A stretch of DNA of 61,555 nt, taken from the NCBI GenBank assembly GCA_010093745.1, contig MU005960.1, positions 124,001-185,555 on the forward strand. Reading direction: 5' to 3'. The translations under genes were made by a program, and so were the position numbers. The notes below the pieces were generated by a model, which was not told the origin of the DNA, made no database searches, and saw only the letters and a program-made list of their open reading frames with translations. Source of the stretch: Piedraia hortae CBS 480.64 (Eukaryota). Below are positions 32,385-43,296 of the stretch, one piece after another (position 1 is the stretch's first letter; each line of letters opens with the position of its first letter).

Positions 32385-33123
32385 GTTAACGAGTATATTA
32401 TCAATTATCAGCCCCAATAGCGGCGTCGTCAAGGCACCTTGTAGGTTCACCACTTCTCTGGGACACATGATTTGCTTCAGTTACTCACATGTATCAGTGA
32501 CTGATTAAGTTTAGCGGCCTCATTTCTCAATGCTCTGCTGCTTCAAGCGGCCCAGTCAGCGATAGCAGGAAGACTGCGGGATCAATCAGGATGCAAGACC
32601 ATCTACGGTCCCAAACAGTTTGTACTCGTCATAGATATCAACTAGACCACGATGTAGGCAAGAACCCGTCAGCTGATGAAATACTGTTCCCGTCAGGCCT
32701 CGTCGTTCTGTCAAAGCCAAACCAGTGCCCCACACTATGGCGAAATTGATTTGGATATCAAAAGTTTGCGTCCAGAGCTGCGAGAACCTCTCAGGCGCTA
32801 CTTTGGGAAATTCACAGAAACCATCCCTAACCCCTCCCCGTCCCAGCTCCCCACTACTGAAGGTCACAAAAGTAATAATCTACCTTCACCTCCTCCCCCC
32901 TTTCATTTTCAACGAAAAGCCATGGAGTGATACACGGGATCTGGCCGTCTCTCGAACCAATATCCCACCGATCCCTCTCAAGGCTGTCTACGCTAATCCT
33001 GTTGAGAAGGTCTACCGTGGATTTTACTGGTTCGGTCAATAGTCTGAACAAGGGGTATTGTAACCGACTCACCTGTACGTTTGAACATACGCCAACTGGA
33101 GGTTCTCCGATCGCCCTGAACGG

Positions 33124-34107
33124 TTAAGGTTTTCGAGATTTGGAGTGTGGAATGCTAGGAATTTGTCGGCCTTTAGTGCGTAATTGGGGCTGAAAAGGGC
33201 CATGGATGAGGGGTTGGATGGTGAGGGCAAGGACTGACCTATCTTCATAGTACGTGAGGCTTAACTTTAGATGGAAAGTTTCTAGGTGTGGGAACATCGG
33301 GTTAGGATTGTGGGGGAGAGTGCGGAGTGAAAGGTAGACATTGGAAAGGGAGCAGTAGGTGAGCTTGCGGCAGCGGAATCCGAGCTCCGCTAGGGATCTG
33401 TGCGTAAAATTGTTAGGTCCCCGGAAACTGAACTCTTGGAGGTCAAGTAGGCGTGAGAGTAAGGTAGTGAAATTCCCACCAGCCACTAAACTGTGGTTTA
33501 AGTTGTTGATCATCTTTCCAGTTAAATCCTTTGTCCTTGCTTTTGTGAGGATGCAAACGCTGTTTGATGTGGAGCGGGCGCAGGTTTTTCAATTCAGATA
33601 TGATTTCGAGGTGCTTCGGACAGTCTGGTTTGTAGGTAGGAATTCTGAAAAGGGGATACCCTTGGACCATGTTTCCAAGCACTATTTGATGAGCGTCATC
33701 TCTAATCTTTCAAGAGAATGCAGTGGGTGTAGGCATTCGAATGCTAGCTGATACGGCGGGGTGGCTGTGGTGAAACATAAAGTTTTGAGTCTTGATGAGA
33801 TGCGGTAGAAGCCATTCAGTCGATTCAGGTTGAGTGTAAGTCCTAATTCTTAGAAATGGTCAAGAGCCGAGTCGACCAGAGAGTGGACCTTCGTAAATGG
33901 AGGATGTTTCTACCACTCCAGCGCGTTAATGCGAAAGCACTTCAAGTTTCTCAGGTTAGCCAATCGTGCCCCTAAGTAGACCAAAACTGAGAAGTAACCG
34001 AATGGCAACTCAATGTATAGAATGTGCAAGTGCTGCAGTTTGCTAATGGATCGCAGTAGTCCGTCAACACTCCGTCCGTCATACGCTCCAGCGATGGCTA
34101 GATTCAT
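33124..34107 (-). pseudogene. Degenerate LRR (RNI-like) gene fragments
   Basis: Broken frames: LQHLHILYI...LANLRNLKCF, LKNLRPLHI, LLDLQEFSF...LAELGFRCRKLTYCSL...MFPHLETFHL (cf. FRGLGISCPKLEEC...LFPNLVFLEL). Confidence 0.55.
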
Positions 34108-34138
34108 TAGCTGAGGGCATTTCCTATAGGATAATTTT

Positions 34139-34366
34139 TGTTACGGCGAGGCTGTGTGTGCGCGGGACGACCCGCGCCGCCTAAGCGCACAGGGAATTTG
34201 ATTAACCGACGCGCCCTGCTAGTTATTCATGGCTACGCTCGCTACCACGCACGAATGAACGGCGCTTCTGGATTGGTTTATAGTATTCTAGCTTCCCAGT
34301 AGATAGCAGTCTGGACTGTCCTCGTTGTTGGGACTTATTGAACCTTTTCCTCTGAGCACCGTAACA
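34139..34366. mobile_element. LTR of a retrotransposon (228 bp)
   Basis: Bounded by a perfect 8 bp inverted repeat TGTTACGG...CCGTAACA and adjacent to a gag relic. No matching target-site duplication. Confidence 0.75.
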
Positions 34367-34369
34367 CAG

Positions 34370-35200
34370 TTGGTTCATCACCCGGAACAGAGATGCGATT
34401 TATCGGCTTGCCCTCCGTCGTCGTCTTGACATAACAATCTTTGGCGACGTGACCAGGTTGATGGCAACGACAGCACTTGGCTGGGCCGTTTTTGCGCTTG
34501 CGGTCTCGCCTCTAGGCTTTGTGCGACGGTAGCTCAGTGTTGCCCTTGGCAAATTCCTGGAGAGCCTCTACCCGCTTCGCATTTTCCTTCCGAACCTCGT
34601 AGGAAGAGGTGTCGGCATGGATAAGGGCGAGGTGCACCGCGGGCTTAATGCTTGGTAGAAAGTTGCATGTCGCGTTTGGGCCGACCAATTCAGTTGGTCC
34701 GCAGGGGAATCGAGCTCTGCTATGAGATCGGGCAACGTTGTACGATGCCAAAGGCGGGTGACGCGAAGCTCAGCCTGCGCCTGTCGTTCTTCGTCACTCT
34801 CGTCAAATACCTCCGAAAGAGCTGCCTCTAAGGCGCTCTAGTTCTGGAGTAAGACTGAGCGTACTGGGACGGTACGTAAGAACCACTCTAGCGCCTTGCC
34901 GCGCAATTGATTGGCGGCATATGCGCATTTAATAGTGGAGTCGCGTAGGTCACCATCCAATAGTTCCTTCAGCCTAATATACATCAAGAATGCGGGGGAT
35001 GTCTTGTGGACGACCCGAGAAGGTACGTCCGCCTTCCGCTCGAAACTCGACGCGCTATCATCCATAGTTACCTCCTCGTTTCGCCTCACCGAGAGTCCTT
35101 CGTCTGAATCTTTGGAATACTCCTCTTCGCTTGGTTGTGTGTAGGGCCAGAAACCAGCCTCCAACCGTTTGTGCAGTGAAGTATGCGGGGGATGGTGTGC
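34370..35200 (-). mobile_element. Degraded retrotransposon gag with zinc knuckle
   Basis: Minus strand ~34476-34434 reads CCRCHQPGHVAKDC (CX2CX4HX4C). Upstream KCAYAANQLRGKALEWF is gag-like. Stops and frameshifts lie between. Confidence 0.75.
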
Positions 35201-38103
35201 GGATCGGAGAGGGATGCCAGATGGCGGAATATCGCGACGCAGTTGTGGCGAGGAACGAGCTAGGGTGTTGTTTTGAATAGAAAGATTGGACGACTGTGGA
35301 GGGGTGAAAAGATAAATTGTAAGTCACTATTCTTCCTCTCAAGGACTGACTTTATATACAATAAATTCCGATGCGCACAGCATTCCGTTGAGGAGCCGAA
35401 CCTCTTTTCAACCTCTTCACCAGCCTTTTCTTTAGCCACCCCAACATCTGCAGATTATTTGTCTTAGTGCGTAGGGCAACTTGGTGCTGGAAGCTACCGA
35501 GGAGCAACATGACCAGCGTCGGCTTAGTCTCAACAGGTGTCAGACCCGCTCATAAGCAATCACGAAATAGAATACACACACACATAGCCACACATATGTG
35601 TGCCTCAAACACCATTGCCTACCAAATAATCCGATATCACGTTGTCCTGCCGTTTTAACGAAGCCCGTTGAGTGAGGGGCTGATGACGCAACGTTGAGCT
35701 CTGTCCCACATTTGCCAAGACCAAAGCACAGTGCCCCAAAATCCGCTGGAAATTTCTGATGCTCTTCTTCATCACAACCTGCTTGCCGGCGTCTAGCGTC
35801 TGGCGTCTGACGATGGGCCCCCCAAATCACATGAGGGTCACCCAACTGTAATCAAATTCAAGTTGGGAGGGCTAATCCTAGTGATCTTACCCTTTGGGAA
35901 AGTCATACCGTGAAGATTGCACACTCATCAGGTATGAATTCCATCTTACTTGCTCTCTTTTTATTTCTGACCGACATCATAGCCAAACCAGAGCCGCCAC
36001 TACGCACCTCTACTCTGCTCGACTTTTCCGTTATATCCCCGACGGACACGGCCACTCCGACCCCCGTTTCGCTCCCTCGGCTGCCGGCATGTTCCAACCA
36101 TTTTCCTGGTAGGAGAGGGAGGCTGTGCTGGGTACGTCGTTCGGCTTTACGGTCTCGGAGGAGGTGGGGCTTTGCCGATCATAGTCGACTTGGTCAAGGA
36201 GGCCTCAGGTTCCTTCGGAGGAAGAAGAAGGAGGGAATGGCCAAGGAGGCGATGTTCAAGACGGCGGAGCAGGCGGAGATGCAGGCGGCCCTTGTCAACC
36301 TTCTTCTTGCCACCGCCGACGCCTACGCCACACAGCACGGTCTTAACGAGCATTGGCAACGCGAAGCCATAGGACATGGGACGAGCCGTCCGAGCGATTC
36401 CAGAGACCATCACCTGGCTGAAAATCTGCACCGCCGGCCATGCCATACGAGCCCACACTATGGCAGGGGCGGCAGCTGTTAACCTCCAGCCCCCTCCCGC
36501 ATGCAGTGCTCCGTTTCTCGCATCCAATACACTGGTCGGCAAGCCAGCCTCGACGGCTAAGCAAGCAGAGAAGACCACCGCTACCATAACACCTGGGTTA
36601 TGCGGGTGGTAATCCCGACTTGTGCATTCTGAGGAAACGGCAGCCGCTCCGTTGTGCAGTGATTCAGACCCGCCACCACGCCTGAACAACAAATCGCAGC
36701 ATACGAATTGTCATCTCGGAGGCATATCACCGGTTTTGCCCATGGATCACGAGACCGGCAAATTCTAACTCCTTTACCTTATACACCGACTGAGCTGCTT
36801 TTACCATGTCATTCCAAATGGATTGTGCGTCTCAATGTCCGGAGTGGCGCTGTAGCATTGCAAACGTATCGTTCATTAGGATGTTAGTTTTCGCTTTACG
36901 TGGATGCTCGTCTCAATTCTCATTCGTCTCATGTAGTTACTTGAAATACTGTAAGCTCTCGTTCTGATCGGAGGACATGGGGTACATCAATGCCGCTTTC
37001 TCTCGCAGCGTTTGTTGTCTCCTTGATCGCATGATTACCTCTTGCGCCCTTCTCAACTTCCTAGGTGAGCTGATCCCTTTCTTCGAGTCGTGTCGGATGA
37101 TGTGTGAATTCCGAGACGTGAAGCGATAGTTGGACGATGTCGGGCAAGCAAGATCCAAAAGTTAGAACAGAAGAGCTGGTGAAACCCGGCTTCTGTTCAA
37201 AAATCGGAAAGATGTTGGCGGCAAAGTTGCGACAGATTAGTATGAATAAAAATTGTTTCTAACGCACTCATTGGCTTCGTCCCGAAACTCAGGCTACCTG
37301 ACATTAGATTATATGCGTCTCAGCCACAAATCAGGTTGGCATGGGATCATTGACGTTGATTGGATGGCGAACGGTGTATTCCAGATTCACGTTTTGAGGG
37401 AATATTGAGGTTGACCCGGGGAGAGGTTTCAGCTGAGCTCGTGTTGGCGGGGTGGGTGGCTGATGTGGTTTTTCTAAGAGTGCCCTTTTCCCGCCTCAGA
37501 ATTTTGCGGCTTTGGTTATGATGTCTTGAATAGGTCGCTTTGGTGGGAAGGTTTGAAGGTGATTTCTCTTTCTTTTACGCTCATGTGAATTGACGAGGCT
37601 ATTGCGCATGAGGGGGGGTGAGGAATCGCCGATAGATGAAGGTGCTTGGTTGCCCTGGCGCGTTGGCTGTGGGAGGGTTATCGGGATCAACAAGTAGTTG
37701 TATGAGTTCATCCACGGACAGTGTTGTATGGAGTCGCACATTTAGTGTGGCTGTCTGCGAGTTTCGTGCAGATAAAAGACATGCAGTTTAGTTCCTGGAG
37801 GCCAGATAGAAGGGCGGTTGAATTCTTGTCGGTAAATTTGGTTGATTATGGTCTCCTCCGGGTAGGTATCTTCCAGGAATGTCCCCAACAGAATATATTT
37901 CCTCAATCTGTCCGTGCGTTGACAAATTTTCGCGCGTAGATATGTCCTATAGTAACCCACACCAAACACCACGCGCCCTGACAAACACTTGCCTCCTCCT
38001 GTTGTTTTCAAATCAGTCACCCTACGCAACCAGTCGCGTGTGCTTCCACACCAAGCTCCTTTGTCCCTCCTACAACATCTTCTGCGCACTTGCAACGTCC
38101 GCC

Positions 38104-38616
38104 ATGTTTAACCCTCAGGGACAGACCAGCGCCGGGTACGCCAACGCTAGGTCAGTCAACTTCGGGAACTCCATCGCCGGAAACCCCAACGTCGCCAATC
38201 CCAACTCTGGAAACCCCAACATCGTCAATCCCAACCCCAACCCCAACATCGCAAATCCTAACCCCAGCAACCTCTATCCGCATAGCTTCCAAAACGGACG
38301 CAGACCTCACCCAATACAACCCGATTCCAACGCCATGATGCAAATCGTCAACACGATGCTTAACCGTGCCGAACGCACCTCATTCCTCCAGGGTGGACTC
38401 GCCCAATTGCAAGACGAGATTGAAAATTCCCCGAATTTGAATGTTTTGTTCGCTCCTGGCCGCATCGCTACCGTTTCCGTCGACCCCAGCTATGTCCCTC
38501 CATCGGATCCTGGAGCGATGTTCACGCCGTCGAATTTGTATAATTCCGAGCAGCCGGTTCCGGAGAAGAGGAAGAGGCGCGCCCCGGAAGATGTGCAGGA
38601 GATGGAGATGGATTAG
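38104..38616 (+). CDS. Hypothetical 170 aa protein with Asn-Pro repeats and a basic C-terminal patch
   Basis: GCCATG start, GNPNVANPNSGNPNIVNPNPNPNIANPNP, EKRKRR. Shows the same C-rich to G-rich signature as the conserved genes. Confidence 0.55.
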   Translation: MFNPQGQTSAGYANARSVNFGNSIAGNPNVANPNSGNPNIVNPNPNPNIANPNPSNLYPHSFQNGRRPHPIQPDSNAMMQIVNTMLNRAERTSFLQGGLAQLQDEIENSPNLNVLFAPGRIATVSVDPSYVPPSDPGAMFTPSNLYNSEQPVPEKRKRRAPEDVQEMEMD

Positions 38617-41600
38617 GTGTTGTTCAAGGTTTAAAGAGGTGTCGTGGGGCGGGGTTTTTGCGATGCTGGTTTGCGGCGCTCGTAATATATGGACGGGTAG
38701 GTAGAGTAGTGTAGCGATTGGAGGGTGTGATATTACGGGTTGGATGCTTTGTTGGATTTCCCGTGGAGGATAGTGGTGAGGTCAACATGTCATTGCCTTG
38801 ATGATGTAGATGATTGATTTACTGGACGCCGGTCTCTGCTCGTGGTGAAGGGAAAGGTAATTGTAATGATGAATGGATCTGCGGCAGCGCAATGGAGAAC
38901 ATTTAGTGTTGGGTTGAACCTCCCATTGCTATTCCGGAGCATTATGTTTTGTTTCAGAGTGTCAGCCTCGTAAATCTTCAGGCCAGATTTCGATATACAA
39001 GTTGCACGCCTGGGGGCTTGCTGTGTATCGCCAATCCACGTTCCTAGATGTTTTCCAAGCTTCTCCAATTATGGCGGGATGATTGGTTCAATCCGCATTG
39101 ATCCCTTGAGGTTTGGACAAAATCAACGCCCTTGAACCTTGCTGTAGTGCACTTTGTGAAAAAGCTTTCGTTCTGATGGATCACTTCGAAGCGGTCCCTC
39201 GAACCCTTTCGGACTTGATGTATCGATCCATTGAGGTGACTGTAAGGTTGGATTCAAAAGCGTTGATCGGGGGGTGGCTTTGCCCGCGGGCAAGAAAATG
39301 TGAAACGTTGGTTTCACCCTTGTTAAGAAGTCGAATGTTGCACCTTATGTGGAAAATTGTTGAGATACCCTTTCGAGATGGTGATTGCTTGGCAAGAATG
39401 ACGTGGGGTAGAGTACATTAGCCCGCTTTATCGTCAAGGCTAACTCAACTTAATTTAACCTCAGCCGCTGATCGAACCAATCGACATCAGTTAACTCAAC
39501 GCTATCACCTTGCCATGCCGTCGGAAAGTCTGGAGTTTGCGGAGCTTGCTCTCCTGAGTGGGGACCGACCAAGTGAACCTACCATCTCGAGGATATATAA
39601 CACCCCGGCACCTGGACATATCTATCCCCTGCTTGAACATGAAGAACGCAGTTTCTGTTGTTGAGAAGTATCGACGCCAGATCTCGGCCTGATGACAAAG
39701 ACTATACAAGGAAAAATCCTGTATAGCAAAATACTCAAAGAGTATGGCAAAGAGGACAGTGAGGCAATGGAGCCATATTTGGAATTGTTTGAACAAAGAA
39801 GCTAATGGTATATAAGCTCGCTGCTGAACAGCAGGGAATAACAATTCGAACAACTCAGTCTTCAGAACGATTACGCTACGCAACAGCTATCTTCCAACAG
39901 TTTCCACGACGCCTACTGAACCAATTTTGCCCAAGATCCTCCGCGACTGACAATAATGTCAGATGGAAAGACGTCCGCATTAGGGCCCATGCGTACCTAC
40001 AACACGCTGCTGTCAAAGTATGAAGCATTCGAGCGGCTCACAGCAAAGCTGCAGGACTTGAAGTACCTTCTTCTCGGCAGGCTGATGTCCGAGTTACTCA
40101 TGGGGCATTCGAACACCGATCACCAACGTCCTTGCTGAAAATAACCATTTACATTCATCAAGCCCTTGAAGCTGAACAACCACCGTCTACCTCCCACTCA
40201 TCGCCAACCCCAAGCCGCATGTTGCGTTTCTTTCCATCGTAGGGAAATAGATCCGCCGTGAGCCGTCGTCGCAAGACCAAATTATGTTTGGTCAATGGAT
40301 GCACACTGCAAGCTTGGATGCCGGAAGATCCAAATTCTTGCAGCCATGGACCTACACTTATCGTTTTAGTTCTGGATGCATAAAACAAACTTCCAGATAG
40401 GCCTTGGCATGCCTTTTGAGAGCCCAGTTTCACTTTGATTCCCAATGAAATCCAATTAGTCCGGTTTCTCGGCTCGATGTAGATTGCTTGAGCTGTTTCA
40501 ATGCCGCAATCCTAGAGTTCATCTGTCTGATCTTCTGCTGAGCGAAACCCGAATGCCGCATTCGTACGGGTGACCATGCCGAGCGACTAGGACAAGAAAA
40601 ACCAAACACGAGGCGTTCAAAGTGATGGAAAAGATTCCTGGGGCGTTGGAGAGGCATGAAGAGGATCTGTTGTGTCATCATTTCCAAGCGATGGTTAAGA
40701 ATTGTCCAACGCAAACCAATCCGGCAGGTACCCTTCCGCCGACATAGTCGCTTTCCATGCGGTCTTTTCGGACTCTTTATGGCTACGCAATGGACATCCC
40801 GGAGTGGGAGAGCAAGCACCGTTGTCATCTTCACCGGCAATTGGGCAACGATCATACAACGCTCGGATGCGTACAAGTATAAAGACGACCAGCAAGCGCG
40901 CACCTTCGCGACATTCCAGGGCCATCGACGGGAAGATAAGCGCATCAACAGCAAATGCACAGTTTGTGGTGTACATCAAGCACGTCCACGAAGCGAATGC
41001 AAAGTACTTCGAGACTACCGGCTCGCATCACCGGATCATGAGATGAACCAGCCTGTGATGTTTTGCGTCCTGACTTGGCTCAACGAACCAGCAAAAGCAT
41101 TGAAGGCCGAGAATTGGTTCGACCCGCAAGCGAGGGTCTCCCGACAAGGCACCTTCGTGCCAAAGCCACACCGACCAAGGTCCCGAACACCCCTCCCTGA
41201 TCTTCGAGCAACGTACCAGACTCCTATGCCAAACCTCGGCATAGCAACAACATCAATGGCAACTGTAATTGCATCCCAAACAGCCTGCATGACAGTTGGC
41301 TATGGGACAGCGGCACAGAACCCCCATATCTGCAACAACCGATAAGCCTTCGACACGTACAAACTGTACAGCACCCCGATAATCACTCCATCTCCAGCCA
41401 GACGTTTTGGAAACATCTAGCTGCGAGACAGAGTGGTATGGGATCCGCCGAGTCTACACAAATGACTTGCTGCAGCGTGTACAAGTCGAAGACTTAAAAG
41501 CTCGAAGGTGCATCGACTAGCTGAGAAAGTGGACGATAAGTTGGATCTAAGATGATGCAAGGCAGTTGTGCTGGAGAGGTTAGAATGGAGAAAGAAGGAA

Positions 41601-41674
41601 AACGGTGAGATAAATCAAAAGTCAACCCACCGTCCTCCCACGGCGCGATCACAAAACCACTCCCATAAGTCTAG

Positions 41675-43087
41675 TTAATCGCCTCCGGTCTCCGTTTCAT
41701 CTTCCTCCTCCTCCTCCTCCCCCAAATCCCCACTCATCACCCTCTTCCTCACTTCAAAAACAACAATTTCATTCCTCGCCTTCGGGATAGGTTCCCTTCT
41801 CCATCTCCCGAGCCTATGCCACTTCCCCACCGCAACCATAATCCTCAAATCCCCATTCTCTGCATCACTAACCTCGAGCGAATTAACCACACCATACACA
41901 TTCCCCAGCGTAGCCACACTCTCACACGCCCTCCTATCTCCCCTCACCCTCCAAACCCTCACACACCCATCCCACGACCCCGAAACAAACAGATCCGAGT
42001 ACGGCAGTGCGGCGATAGCAGTCACCCACCTCGCTTGTGGTATCGAATCAGGCACAGCATCCCTATACTCCCCCACCTCTGCCGTCCCCTTCTCAACTCC
42101 ATGCGCCCTCTCCAGCACATACACCGCTTTCTTCCTCCTCGCACTCCACAGCGCGACAGCACCGTTCTCCGATCCCGTGACAAAAGTCTCCTCATCCAGC
42201 AAAGCAACACAGTCAACCGACCCGCCCTGTCCCGCGAGGAAAACCATCTGCGTCTCATCCCCCACCACCCAAAGTCGTACCGTCCGATCCCTCGCTCCAA
42301 CGGAAATGCACTTCTCCCTCGCCAACGCCGCCAGGCCAAGGACCCCGTCCTGGTGTCCAAACAACGTATCCGCGTAGGCGGGCAGGCTCTCACACGCCCA
42401 AACCTTAACCGTCCTGTCTTTACTCGCGCTGAACATCTCCCTCCCATCTTGACTAAAAACAAGCTGCGTGACGCAATCCCTATGCTGCGGCAGCATCCCT
42501 AACCTCTCCAACGTCTCCACGTCATGAACATGTATATTCCTCCCCTCTCCCGCGGCGACGAGGTATCCGCCCCTCGGCGAGGCAGCGAGGCAGATCACCC
42601 CTCTCTCTCCGCGGAAGTACTTCCTCCGCTTAACCCCAAGTTTCTTCTTCCCGTCGCGGTCAAAGGAGGAAATGACCTCCCATTTCGAAAGCGCACCGTT
42701 AGATTGCGCGGCGTAGAGCCTCGACCCGACGCTCGCGCACGCGGTGGTGGTTCCCCCGTCGAGGCGCGCACGACAAGTTATGATATCCTCCCAGTTGTAT
42801 GTCTCGGCTGTAGAGCGCTTGATCCGGCCCGGGTGGAGCGACTCGCTGATCCGACGGCGGAGGTTTTCTGCGTCGACTTCTGCGGCGTCGAAACCATACC
42901 CCCCCGCTGACGCAGCGAGGGTTTTTGCAGAGAGGTGCGCTTCTGCCAGGCGTAGGCGTTTGGATGCTGGGTCTTCGTCCCCAGAGGAGGTCGAGAAGGG
43001 GGAGGGGGGTGGGGAGGCGGAAGTTGAGCGGCTGGATACGGAGGATGTATCGTCTGATGTGGTGCGTTTGCGTTTTTGGGGGGGCAT
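41675..43087 (-). CDS. RRP9: U3 snoRNP WD40 protein Rrp9 (U3-55K)
   Basis: KRLRLAEAHL...GFDAAEVD, QHRDCV, SASKDRTVKVW...YADTLFGHQD, SVGARDRTVRLW, RWVTAIAALPYSDLFVSGSWDG, GKWHRLGRW. Confidence 0.92.
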   Translation of the reverse strand: MPPQKRKRTTSDDTSSVSSRSTSASPPPSPFSTSSGDEDPASKRLRLAEAHLSAKTLAASAGGYGFDAAEVDAENLRRRISESLHPGRIKRSTAETYNWEDIITCRARLDGGTTTACASVGSRLYAAQSNGALSKWEVISSFDRDGKKKLGVKRRKYFRGERGVICLAASPRGGYLVAAGEGRNIHVHDVETLERLGMLPQHRDCVTQLVFSQDGREMFSASKDRTVKVWACESLPAYADTLFGHQDGVLGLAALAREKCISVGARDRTVRLWVVGDETQMVFLAGQGGSVDCVALLDEETFVTGSENGAVALWSARRKKAVYVLERAHGVEKGTAEVGEYRDAVPDSIPQARWVTAIAALPYSDLFVSGSWDGCVRVWRVRGDRRACESVATLGNVYGVVNSLEVSDAENGDLRIMVAVGKWHRLGRWRREPIPKARNEIVVFEVRKRVMSGDLGEEEEEEDETETGGD

Positions 43088-43109
43088 TGTTGCTTGCGTG
43101 GTGGAGTGG

Positions 43110-43118
43110 AAATTTTTT
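43110..43118 (-). promoter_or_regulatory. RRPE-like element upstream of RRP9
   Basis: gaaattttt(t) about 25 nt upstream of the ATG of a ribosome-biogenesis gene. Confidence 0.4.
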
Positions 43119-43296
43119 GTGGGCGGGTTGTGCGGCGCTAAGCTGTTTTGGGAAAAGACCGCGGAGACTTCACCTTTGCAGATGAAGCCCGGTACAGACG
43201 GGGAAAGATGTAAGCAATTTCAGTAGTATACAGCTCTATAGCAACCTCCCAAAAAACGCACAACAATAAAGTAACACAACCTGACTATAATGATAT

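Noticed and set aside
35910..36692. Overlapping 190 aa and 181 aa ORFs, one with a signal-peptide-like start
   Set aside because: No recognisable domain and the plausible coding signal switches frame. It may be a decayed gene, but I cannot support a call.
39400..41345. Several 100-230 aa ORFs
   Set aside because: No motif I can assign; likely degenerate sequence.
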